Below are positions 1-7,854 of a stretch of 32,000 nt of DNA, in pieces; the stretch's first letter is position 1, and each line of letters begins with the position of its first letter. Both the position numbers and the translations under genes were made by a program. The notes beneath the pieces are model-generated. The model worked only from the letters and a program-made list of their open reading frames with translations, was not told the origin of the DNA and did not search any database. Source of the DNA: Pseudomonas aeruginosa (GTDB taxonomy: Bacteria > Pseudomonadota > Gammaproteobacteria > Pseudomonadales > Pseudomonadaceae); contig NZ_LN831024.1 of NCBI RefSeq assembly GCF_001457615.1, positions 2,400,001-2,432,000 of the forward strand, read 5' to 3'.

Positions 1-1
1 T

Positions 2-1231
2 TCCGCGATTGCGTCTGGGGACTCTAAGTCTCCAATTCCGTATCACCAGCTGCAGTTTCTGCGAGAAGTCATCCTTCGGCGGGAGGCAGGACTGCGCCTA
101 CAAGATTTTTTTGCAGTTGTGGAACGGAATCCGACTCGGAGGTTTGTGTTGGAGCGGCCGGTAGTTCCCGCTGAGCGGGTTCGTAGCTTCGATGCGCGCT
201 CGGTTACCGATATATTTAATCGGCCAGATCGACTGATTACGGTACGCGAGCACTACGCTGTCGCCGGTAGTCCGTTAGCACGGGCCCTCAAAATTGGGGT
301 ACCTCCTGTAGAGCATTTTCCAGCGCGGGTATCAGTGTCATCACGGCGACTGTCTTTCGACACCCCCGAGAATCGCTTTGTCAAGCACTTTCTCGGAGAG
401 TGCTTGACCATCGTATATAAGCTGCTCGATGACCGGAACATCCATATTCAAATGCGCTCCGATTGCCGGGAAATGGCAACCATTCTCGAGACAGCCTCGA
501 GGTCGCTATTCCTATCAGAGGTCGGTGTTCTAACAGCATTCACTGGCCCTACTCATGCTCTTGCCAAGGTGGAGGGCTACAAGGACATTCTGGATCTTTG
601 GCTGCAGCTGGGGGCGCATCAGTCCTTGCCCACTTCTGAAAGGGAGGTCCAACGGCTGCTCCAAGGAAAAGATGTCGCGCTGTTGTATGAGTATTGGGTG
701 TTCCTCAAGGTGCTCGAAGCTGTTTCCTTGGTCATGGGCATCTCAGCTGGCTCTGTAACGGTTTCGCGCAGTGCCCTGGGCGAAGGTCTTGATCGCGGCC
801 TTGTCGTGCGGCTGTCAGCCAGCGTAGCCGTCGCCTTCAACCCCTCCTACGTCAGGTCGGCTGGGGCCGCTTATTCTACTCCGCTAAGGCCGGACGTCGT
901 TTTGACCCTCAATGGGGCGCGTTTTGCCTTTGACGCGAAGTATCGATTGCAGTGGCTGACATCGTTGGAGGATGGTCAAGATGATGAGGCTTCATTCGTC
1001 CGCGCTGATCTGTACAAAATGCACACATACCGGGATGCGATCACGGATATGAAGGCTGCCTTTGTGGTTTATCCGGGTACGGAGTTTGTGTTTTTTGAGA
1101 GGGGCGGCGGTCGGCGCCAGTGCCCTGGCGAAATTATGGTGTTCGATGGCGTTGGCGCCATTCCGGCGAGGCCGGATGGCGCCGAGGTATCGATGCTACT
1201 GGATCTGGTGCAGGCGTTACTCGATCAGTGA
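2..1231 (+). CDS. McrC-like DUF2357 / PD-(D/E)xK (DUF524, PDDEXK_7-type) nuclease-family protein, 5' end cut by the window edge
   Basis: The frame is open from nt 2, with no stop before the listed GTG at 119, so the gene begins left of the window. The C-terminal core reads RPDVVL...FAFDAKYRL...ADLYKMHTYRDAI...VVYPG. That is a D...D-x-K catalytic signature plus the following YxD helix, as in McrC/DUF524 restriction nucleases. Stop TGA is at 1229-1231. Confidence 0.75.
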   Translation, partial: SAIASGDSKSPIPYHQLQFLREVILRREAGLRLQDFFAVVERNPTRRFVLERPVVPAERVRSFDARSVTDIFNRPDRLITVREHYAVAGSPLARALKIGVPPVEHFPARVSVSSRRLSFDTPENRFVKHFLGECLTIVYKLLDDRNIHIQMRSDCREMATILETASRSLFLSEVGVLTAFTGPTHALAKVEGYKDILDLWLQLGAHQSLPTSEREVQRLLQGKDVALLYEYWVFLKVLEAVSLVMGISAGSVTVSRSALGEGLDRGLVVRLSASVAVAFNPSYVRSAGAAYSTPLRPDVVLTLNGARFAFDAKYRLQWLTSLEDGQDDEASFVRADLYKMHTYRDAITDMKAAFVVYPGTEFVFFERGGGRRQCPGEIMVFDGVGAIPARPDGAEVSMLLDLVQALLDQ

Positions 1232-4200
1232 ACCTTGTTCTGGTTGTGACGCTTTCTCCATAAGTTCTCGGATGTCTGAGAAGTCGACAAAAATACTGGC
1301 ATCCGTGGAGGCCAGGCGGCGCATTACTTCCGCATGAATTCCCTGGACGCCGCGGACCGCAAATTGGGGGGTGGTGGCAAGCTCGGCTACTAACGCCGGA
1401 AGGTCGAATGCCTTGGCTGTCTTCCTGGGTGGGGTTGTCTTGACCTTCTCGGGTTTGCGAAGGTTCATCACTACGTCGAAATGGGCGACGTCCTCCTGCC
1501 CGCTGCGACCCTTGTAGCCTTTGTGGCTCTGTTGCTTGCGATCAAGGGATGCCGCCTCATGGAACTCAAAGCCTGCTTCCTTCGCCGCGCTCTGAAGGGC
1601 TGCCCAGACTCCTCCGTCGGTGTTATGGAAGACGACAGTGGCCCAACCGCCCGGTTTAAGTACACGAGCTATCTCGCGCATTGCTCCCGTCATTAGTGCT
1701 TCATACCCAGCCAGTGTCTTACCGCCGGCCGATTCGGCAAGTGATTTGTTGACAACCGCCTCATTGGTTGGGTCCGTGATTCTGCCAAGCCATGACTCCC
1801 AGATCAGGTTGCAGTCGGCGTAAAAAAGGTTCGATCCGAAGGGCGGGTCAGTGAAGACATAGTCAATGCTCCCGTCTTGCACATCTGCAAGGTCGGTGGC
1901 GCTCCCGTTCAAGACAAACGGCATCTGTTCGGCCGTAGGCTGGAAGGTGGCATAGTATCTTTTCAACTGCGCGATCTTGTTGCGCATGACTTCGAAAACG
2001 TTGCACTCAGAAGATAGTTGTGGGATGTAGAGTGTTCCCGTCAGCGGGCGCTGGCCGCCGCGCGCGTTGTAGCGCCGCATACGCGTTCCATGCCATGACG
2101 TATTGGTGAAGGCGAAGGCCATTGCCAGTCGCTTGCGCTTATCGGTGATCTCTCCGATGGCACTCCAGATCAGCGACAGTGCGAGTAGGTTTCTGTCTGT
2201 GTAGAAGTCCGCAACTTCCCGGACATTCTTGTTCTGGAGTGCGCAGCGGATATACATCTCCCTGTCCGGGCCTATGTCGACCGACGGGAACCAGTCCTCA
2301 ATATCCTTTCTTGAAAATGATAGGGCCTTGGTGATGTCGCTCTTTTCGGCCTTGCGCTCCAGTCTCCGCCCGTCCGTCGTCTCATAAGCAAGCCAGGCGG
2401 GTACCGAGTCGATTGTGGGGAGTTTTTTTCGAACGATTTCGTGCTCGCAAAGAGGGCAGGTAATAGTGGAGCCTATGCGCCCTTCGTATCGGTCGATGGC
2501 ATCCCAAAGAGCGAAGCTCTTTCCGCAGTGGGGGCACTTGTGCCTGGTGCTCCACATGGTCCAATGGAGCAGCGCAGGCGCACCGCTCTCATCCGTGGTG
2601 CCATAAATTTCCCGCATACGCAGGCCCACTTTTTCCTCGATCTCGGCAAACGCGGCTTCGAGATCCTCTGGGGCGCAGGGGTGAGTGTGGTTCCATGCGA
2701 GGTGGACGGCAGCGGGCGACAGATCGTTGAGAATTGCCAGACGGCCGGCCAAGGCGGCCGCGACACCCGTCATGCCGGATCCGCAGAACGGATCCAGAAC
2801 CACATCCCCCGGTTTCGTAAAGTGCTCGATGAAAGGGATGATTGCCTCGGGCGGCACCTTCGTGTGGTAACTATGTGCTGTGTAGAGCGCACTGTTGCGT
2901 CCGCCTGGAACCAGTGGCGCAGCTGGTGCCTTCTTCGGGGCTGGAGCCATCATCGTGATGGGAAGGCTGTCTTTTGATGAAAGGTATTCTTTGATAAAGT
3001 CGCGCTTTTCCTGGACTTCCATGTTTTGCAAGGTCCACTTGCCCCCGACTTCACTGGCGCCGAGGCGCGCGCACCGTTGCGCAATGTTTGGCATCGTGAT
3101 TCCGGAAAGACTGTAGTTCTTTGCGAGCAAGGCTTGAATTACAGCCGAATAAATATCATCAGTTCGGCTGGTACCATTCAAGAGGGCACTTTTGACGGCC
3201 CCGTCAATGAATGCCGTCGAAGCCATAGTACTGCTCATGTCCTTGGCGCAATGCGCAGGCCTCCTCATGGTGATGAGAAGGTCGAGCGTTGTTACGCTCT
3301 CTTTGCCTGTGACGCCCTTAACGCCTTTGATCGACGGTTGCCCTTTATCGAGGATGTGCACCGTGTGGGTTTCGAGCTTCGCCTCCGCCATGGCCTTTTG
3401 AATTTCCATCCATACCTGATCGTCGGAGTTCGAGAAGGCAAGCACGGCATAGCCACCTGGCTTCAATACTCGCGCAGCCTCGGAAAAGGCCTTCGTCATT
3501 AAATGACCATAATCGTCCATGGTCTTTCCGCCCCCGACCCTGCCTCGGCTCTTATTAACCACGATTTCCTCCGTGTTGTCGGTCAGGGAGCCAAGCCATG
3601 CCTCCCACAGCAGGGAACTGTCCGCGTAGAAGATGTTGGACCCGAAAGGCGGGTCCATGAAAACCATGGATACGGAGCCATCGGGCAGGCAGGAGAGGTC
3701 TGTGGCCGACCTGTTCATCACCTGGGCCGTGGCTGACGTTTCGGGGAATCTCTCAAAGTATCGTTTCACGTCGGCAGCTTTTCTCCGGAATAGGCTCCAG
3801 ACATTCCACTCGTACCGGAGTGATGAGATGTATAGAGTGCCCGTCATCACGTTCGTGGGGCGCTTCGCGTTCCATTGATAGCGGCGGGAGGCGCGGTTGA
3901 CGCAGGCCGTGAAGGCGAACATCAAGGCTTCGCGAATGCGTCCCTCCGAGGTGGTGACAATCGAATGGCGAAGCGCGGCAAGGGCATGCAGGTTCCGCCT
4001 GGTGAAAAAGTGACTGACTTCGGATATGCCCATGCCCGTGTGGGAGGCTCTCCACATCTCCCGCTCGGACCCGAATGGAACGCGGGGTATCCAATAGGGG
4101 ATGGGAGCTTCATTTGCTTCCTCGATCAATTCCAACTCATGCTGGGTTGGGGCGTGGGCGGAGATTCTGGTGCTCCCGGCGGACACGTGAGTCTGCACGG

Positions 4201-5086
4201 GTATTTCCGATATCCAGACGAGATCGCTTTTGCGCAGATACGTGTCACAGTGTGGACAGGTAAGCCCACGAGCATCGGTTCCACCTGCCGTATGGACAAC
4301 ATCCCAGTAGAGAATGTCCTTTTGGCATTCACCGCACCTGAAAACATCACTCCAAGTTGTGTACTCGATAGTCTGTCCTGGCTGCATGATAGGTTGGTAG
4401 AGCCAGCGCATGGTTGGATCGACCTGCTCCGCTACCTTCTTGAGGGCCCTGGAGAACTCCTTTGGGTCACAAGGCGTTGTGTAGTTTCTTGAAATGTGGA
4501 CTGCAGCAGGCGACAAATCGGAGAGCAGCGCATTGCGGCCTTCCATTAGCGCCGCGACACCTGTCATGCCCGATCCCGAGAAAGGGTCAAGGACAAGCTC
4601 TCCAGGCTTGGTAAGGGCTCGAATGAAGGGGCGAATCGCCTCGGGAGGAACTTTGGTGTGATAGCTGTGCGCCCGGTACTCGGTCGTGGATTTACTAACC
4701 TCGACGCGCTCGGGGATGCCCGAGGGCGAAAGATGCTCGTCCGAGCTTGACACGGGCGGAAGTGGACGTGTTGGGCGGTCGGGATATTCAACTGCGTGTT
4801 GCTCAAAGTGCTGTCGTACGGATGCTGTCACCTCGGCGGCATCGGATGAGATTGCCTCTCTAACATCCGTTGGGAGTCGGCCTGCGCTAAGCAGTAGGAG
4901 ATCGATTGGGATGCCCACGATACCTGACAGAATCGAAGCCTGATCCTCAGTAAGGGCGCGCTCGTCTGACTCGACATAACTCATGAAAGACTTGGTAACG
5001 CCCAGCTTTTCTCCCAGAGCTTCTAGCGACATGTCCAGAGACTTACGTCTAGATTTGATTGCATTTCCTGCTGACCATGGCTTCAT
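1217..5086 (-). CDS. HTH(XRE)-fused tandem double DNA methyltransferase (two N6/N4-type modules, each motif I - Zn ribbon - motif IV)
   Basis: The start is taken at ATG 5086 (MKPWSAGN...), downstream of a promoter-like TTAACC-17-TACATT. The 80 codons upstream in the 1369-aa ORF look non-coding. The N-terminus is an XRE-type HTH (LSLEALGEKLGVTKSFMSYVESDER). Module 1 has HSYHTKVPPEAIRPF...LDPFSGSGMTG (AdoMet motif I), CGEC...CPHC and FMDPPFGSN (motif IV). Module 2 has HSYHTKVPPEAIIPF...LDPFCGSGMTG, CPHC...CPLC and FTDPPFGSN. Both modules then carry RVLKPGG. Length is 1289 aa. Confidence 0.85.
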   Translation of the reverse strand: MKPWSAGNAIKSRRKSLDMSLEALGEKLGVTKSFMSYVESDERALTEDQASILSGIVGIPIDLLLLSAGRLPTDVREAISSDAAEVTASVRQHFEQHAVEYPDRPTRPLPPVSSSDEHLSPSGIPERVEVSKSTTEYRAHSYHTKVPPEAIRPFIRALTKPGELVLDPFSGSGMTGVAALMEGRNALLSDLSPAAVHISRNYTTPCDPKEFSRALKKVAEQVDPTMRWLYQPIMQPGQTIEYTTWSDVFRCGECQKDILYWDVVHTAGGTDARGLTCPHCDTYLRKSDLVWISEIPVQTHVSAGSTRISAHAPTQHELELIEEANEAPIPYWIPRVPFGSEREMWRASHTGMGISEVSHFFTRRNLHALAALRHSIVTTSEGRIREALMFAFTACVNRASRRYQWNAKRPTNVMTGTLYISSLRYEWNVWSLFRRKAADVKRYFERFPETSATAQVMNRSATDLSCLPDGSVSMVFMDPPFGSNIFYADSSLLWEAWLGSLTDNTEEIVVNKSRGRVGGGKTMDDYGHLMTKAFSEAARVLKPGGYAVLAFSNSDDQVWMEIQKAMAEAKLETHTVHILDKGQPSIKGVKGVTGKESVTTLDLLITMRRPAHCAKDMSSTMASTAFIDGAVKSALLNGTSRTDDIYSAVIQALLAKNYSLSGITMPNIAQRCARLGASEVGGKWTLQNMEVQEKRDFIKEYLSSKDSLPITMMAPAPKKAPAAPLVPGGRNSALYTAHSYHTKVPPEAIIPFIEHFTKPGDVVLDPFCGSGMTGVAAALAGRLAILNDLSPAAVHLAWNHTHPCAPEDLEAAFAEIEEKVGLRMREIYGTTDESGAPALLHWTMWSTRHKCPHCGKSFALWDAIDRYEGRIGSTITCPLCEHEIVRKKLPTIDSVPAWLAYETTDGRRLERKAEKSDITKALSFSRKDIEDWFPSVDIGPDREMYIRCALQNKNVREVADFYTDRNLLALSLIWSAIGEITDKRKRLAMAFAFTNTSWHGTRMRRYNARGGQRPLTGTLYIPQLSSECNVFEVMRNKIAQLKRYYATFQPTAEQMPFVLNGSATDLADVQDGSIDYVFTDPPFGSNLFYADCNLIWESWLGRITDPTNEAVVNKSLAESAGGKTLAGYEALMTGAMREIARVLKPGGWATVVFHNTDGGVWAALQSAAKEAGFEFHEAASLDRKQQSHKGYKGRSGQEDVAHFDVVMNLRKPEKVKTTPPRKTAKAFDLPALVAELATTPQFAVRGVQGIHAEVMRRLASTDASIFVDFSDIRELMEKASQPEQGSLIE

Positions 5087-5101
5087 GTAGCTGCTACCTA
5101 G

Positions 5102-5143
5102 AATGTAAAAATTCACGGCTTGAAGGTTAACAATCTTTGTCAA
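5102..5143 (-). promoter_or_regulatory. Putative sigma70 promoter of the methyltransferase gene with an overlapping imperfect inverted repeat (candidate HTH operator)
   Basis: On the minus strand: -35 TTAACC (5125-5130), a 17-nt spacer, -10 TACATT (5102-5107), then ATG at 5086. The inverted repeat TTAACAA-tct-TTGTCAA (5127-5143, 1 mismatch between half sites) overlaps the -35. Confidence 0.35.
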
Positions 5144-5328
5144 CTTTTTCCATGTGGCCGAAAGGCCTGCCTGGATCGATGCGCTGCCATCATGCTGCGG
5201 GGGACTGTGCTGAGCGAAGGGGGAAAATGGGGTTGTTCGCGTGGTCAACATCAAGAGCAGTAAGGTGAATTGGCGTTGCGCTTGGGCGATGCCGATCCCT
5301 TCAGGCCAGCAAATGGAATGCACCACAC

Positions 5329-5913
5329 ATGGTCGCCATCAGCTTCGACCGCCACTTGTACTACCCGCTGCTGGCATTGGAGGACAAGGATGCGGTGCCG
5401 CTGAAACTGCGCCCGCTGGCCTTTGACGCGCCCAGCGAATGGGAGTTTGTCCGCGATCTGGAGGCGTTCTACAACTCCAGCGAAGGCAAGGATGCGATTG
5501 GCCCGCGCAGTCTGTATCTGGTGCGCAATGCGGATCGGGAAGAGAAAGGCCTGGGCTTCGCGTTGGCGGGCAACTTCTATCCGGACTTCCTGCTGTGGCT
5601 GGTGGACGATGCCAGCGGTAAGCAGTGGCTGACGTTTGTCGATCCGAAGGGGCTGCGCAATCTCGACCTGTCGCACCCCAAGTGGGGTCTGTACAAGGAA
5701 GTGAAGACACTGGAAACAACGCTGGCGGCGCAGGCCAAGGTGGGCGAAGCGCCGCTGGTCTTGAATGCCTTTGTCCTCTCGCCGACGAAGTTCGCCGACC
5801 TGCTAAACGTGGGCGACCCGACAAAGAAGGCCGATCTGGAAAGTCGCAACGTGCTATTCATGGAGGACGGTGGGCAGACCTACCTGAGCAAGATGTTTGC
5901 CCGCATTGTCTAA
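5329..5913 (+). CDS. Orphan PD-(D/E)xK nuclease-like domain, probably the C-terminal remnant of a helicase/restriction (Res-like) protein
   Basis: The motif NFYPDFLLWLVDDASGKQWLTFVDPKG (PD...D-x-K) resembles the C-terminal endonuclease module of type III Res-like helicases. This is my recollection of the family and is not searchable here. There is no SD before ATG 5329, and the frame opens only at 5269 after a stop. Composition jumps to higher GC at ~5250-5330. It could alternatively be a stand-alone 194-aa protein. Confidence 0.4.
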   Translation: MVAISFDRHLYYPLLALEDKDAVPLKLRPLAFDAPSEWEFVRDLEAFYNSSEGKDAIGPRSLYLVRNADREEKGLGFALAGNFYPDFLLWLVDDASGKQWLTFVDPKGLRNLDLSHPKWGLYKEVKTLETTLAAQAKVGEAPLVLNAFVLSPTKFADLLNVGDPTKKADLESRNVLFMEDGGQTYLSKMFARIV

Positions 5914-5941
5914 GAGAGTTGATAGGCGCTGGCTTGTGTGA

Positions 5942-6244
5942 CTACAGCCAGTGCCTTGGTACATCGACCCCATAGTTTTTAGCTACTGTCTCTAGCGTGG
6001 CGATTATCTCGGCATGTCTTGCTTGGTCAGCGGGTTGCCAGCTTGCACGACGCTCCAGCATGAGCTTGAGCTCTCCCAAGTTGTACATACCCAGTCGGTG
6101 AAAGTTGCCCCAGCTAGGTATGCCAAAGAGGTTGTAAATGGTGACTGTGGCGTCGCGCTCGCTGGCTAGGCGTTTCTCACCTGTCAGCTTCTCAGCGGCT
6201 TCTTCAGCTTCGTCACGGTCTTCGTAGGTGTTGAGTAGTTTCAT
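5942..6244 (-). CDS. Hypothetical small protein (100 aa), downstream partner of the CoiA-like gene
   Basis: The ORF has non-repetitive, protein-like composition. It overlaps the 3' end of the upstream gene by 32 nt on the same strand. No recognisable motif, and the SD is weak. Confidence 0.45.
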   Translation of the reverse strand: MKLLNTYEDRDEAEEAAEKLTGEKRLASERDATVTIYNLFGIPSWGNFHRLGMYNLGELKLMLERRASWQPADQARHAEIIATLETVAKNYGVDVPRHWL

Positions 6245-7394
6245 CGTTTGTCGCCTGACTCTGGGTTGCGGAATTTATCAGGCCTTCATTAGCGGTGAAC
6301 AGTTCATCATCGGGGTTTACGATCAGGTGAGGGACTGCATTAGCTGACATGCTTGGCTTTGCTGAGCAGTGCATCCTTTGCTTAAGCGTCGAAGCTATGT
6401 CTGGCGCTAAAAGTACGGGGGTAACTTTGCTGGTAGACGCATCGCAGTAATGGCAGAACCTTGAGTCAGGCGGGCTTAGCAAGTAGCAGGCAGTGCACTC
6501 AACGGCTCTCCCTCTCCATGCTTGTAGGGCCTTCAGCATTGTTCCGGCGATGAGCTCGGCTCGGCCCTGCACCGTGTTGTCCAGGGTTGTGGCTGACTGT
6601 GTAGCCGCCATCTGAAGCTGTTTGGCTCTATGGGCCTCCAGGGCGCGCTGCAGTTCGGCCTTCTCATTGGCGAGCTCAATCTGCCGGGCTTGCTCAGCAG
6701 CTTGAAGCTCTGCCTGTTCTAGTTGCCACTGAGCGTTTATTTCGGCTGCCAGTGACTGAAGCTTTTGCAGGGCTTTTGCTGCGAGCTTTTCGCCGCGAAT
6801 TGATCGGATCCAAAGTCGGTTTGCCGAGTCATGCAGAACCGCGTGCTCGAATCTGGCTGGATCATTGATCTGCTCCAGAGTCAGGTGGTGGAGATCTATC
6901 TCCATGCTGGAATGTTCCAGGGCTTCGAGCTGGCGATAACGCTCATGCTCCATCCGCGTTGAAAGCTTGATCCGGACGATCAGCTGCCTTTCGGATTGGT
7001 GCAGGACGGCATGCCCCCTCAAACCGCCCAGGTCAACAAACCGCTCAACGTGATGTGCATGTATCAGCACTGGTTTCAGATCGACCTTTTCTTCCAAAAG
7101 TCGGCCGTCTTGTGTAGCAACCCGAACTGTTTCTATCTGCGCAGGGAGAATTAGCTGTTTGTGCTGGGCAATCAGGGCGACCGCTGCACGTCTGACACCT
7201 TCGCGGAAACCATCAAAGCAGTCATTCGATTTTGCATGGCGGAAATGTGGGACAACCTTCTCGCCATTGTTAGCGGCATTTAAGGGTTGTTTACAGCCAG
7301 GGCATACGCAGCCACACCGAAGCCCGTTCTCAACCTCGTGCGCTCGAAAGAGGGTGCCATCACGCTCACCGAAAGGGATTTTGGTCTCGTGCAT
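6213..7394 (-). CDS. CoiA-like zinc-ribbon protein with central coiled coil and C-terminal zinc ribbon
   Basis: The N-terminus CGCVCPGCKQPL...VVPHFRHAKSNDC matches the Cys-cluster plus HF(A/R)H signature of competence-protein CoiA-like families. A long Q/A/E/L-rich heptad-like segment follows (AAEINAQWQLEQAELQAAEQARQIELANEKAELQRALEAHRAKQLQ). The C-terminus has CTAC...CHYC. Confidence 0.6.
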   Translation of the reverse strand: MHETKIPFGERDGTLFRAHEVENGLRCGCVCPGCKQPLNAANNGEKVVPHFRHAKSNDCFDGFREGVRRAAVALIAQHKQLILPAQIETVRVATQDGRLLEEKVDLKPVLIHAHHVERFVDLGGLRGHAVLHQSERQLIVRIKLSTRMEHERYRQLEALEHSSMEIDLHHLTLEQINDPARFEHAVLHDSANRLWIRSIRGEKLAAKALQKLQSLAAEINAQWQLEQAELQAAEQARQIELANEKAELQRALEAHRAKQLQMAATQSATTLDNTVQGRAELIAGTMLKALQAWRGRAVECTACYLLSPPDSRFCHYCDASTSKVTPVLLAPDIASTLKQRMHCSAKPSMSANAVPHLIVNPDDELFTANEGLINSATQSQATNDETTQHLRRP

Positions 7395-7522
7395 GTCCTG
7401 TGCTTACGCCTTCCAGGTGGTTTGTGTCTTGGATGCAGGAACTTAGTCCAACCTGCTCTGAAAGTAATCAATCGGAGTATGGTTTGTCATGAAAGTGTTG
7501 CGGTTGAGTGCGGTTGTCACGG

Positions 7523-7548
7523 TGACCTGCCCCCCGATTTCAGTACCA
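7523..7548. repeat. IS left terminal inverted repeat
   Basis: TGACCTGCCCCCCGATTTCAGTACC matches the reverse complement of 8735-8759 (TGACCTGCCCCCAGTTTTAGTACC) with a few mismatches and one indel. Confidence 0.8.
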
Positions 7549-7590
7549 CGTCAAACTTAGTAGAGTCCGTTTTCCAAGCAGGAGACGGCA

Positions 7591-7854
7591 GTGAAAAAGC
7601 GTTTTACCGAAGAGCAGATTCTCGACTTCCTCAAGCAGGCGGAGGCCGGTGTGCCGGTGACGGAACTGTGTCGCCGACACGGCTTCAGTGATGCCTCGTT
7701 CTACACCTGGCGGGCCAAGTTTGGCGGTATGACCGTGGCGGACGCAAAACGGTTGAAGGATCTTGAACTGGAAAACAGCCGATTGAAGAAGTTGCTCGCC
7801 GAGGCCCACCTCGACATCGAGTCGCTGAAAGTGGTCGCCCGGGGAAAAGGGTAA
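7591..7854 (+). CDS. IS3/IS407-group transposase OrfA (HTH)
   Basis: GTG start at 7591 is preceded by GGAG (7581-7584). The 87-aa product has the HTH and leucine-zipper-like tail (LKDLELENSRLKKLLAEAHLDIESLK) characteristic of IS3-family OrfA. Confidence 0.9.
   Translation: MKKRFTEEQILDFLKQAEAGVPVTELCRRHGFSDASFYTWRAKFGGMTVADAKRLKDLELENSRLKKLLAEAHLDIESLKVVARGKG
7845..7849 (+). promoter_or_regulatory. Programmed -1 ribosomal frameshift site (A AAA G) joining orfA to orfB
   Basis: GGA AAA GGG TAA lies at the orfA end. A slip by -1 on A-AAA-G continues as ...KRVSPTARREAVQEMQARTGISERRAC..., the expected OrfAB junction for IS407-like elements. Confidence 0.7.

Noticed and set aside
5087-5326. N-terminal 80-codon extension of the methyltransferase ORF (start at 5326)
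   Set aside because: The extension reads through a promoter-like AT-rich region and has no domain-like sequence. ATG 5086 sits right after a -35/-10 pair and immediately precedes the HTH domain.
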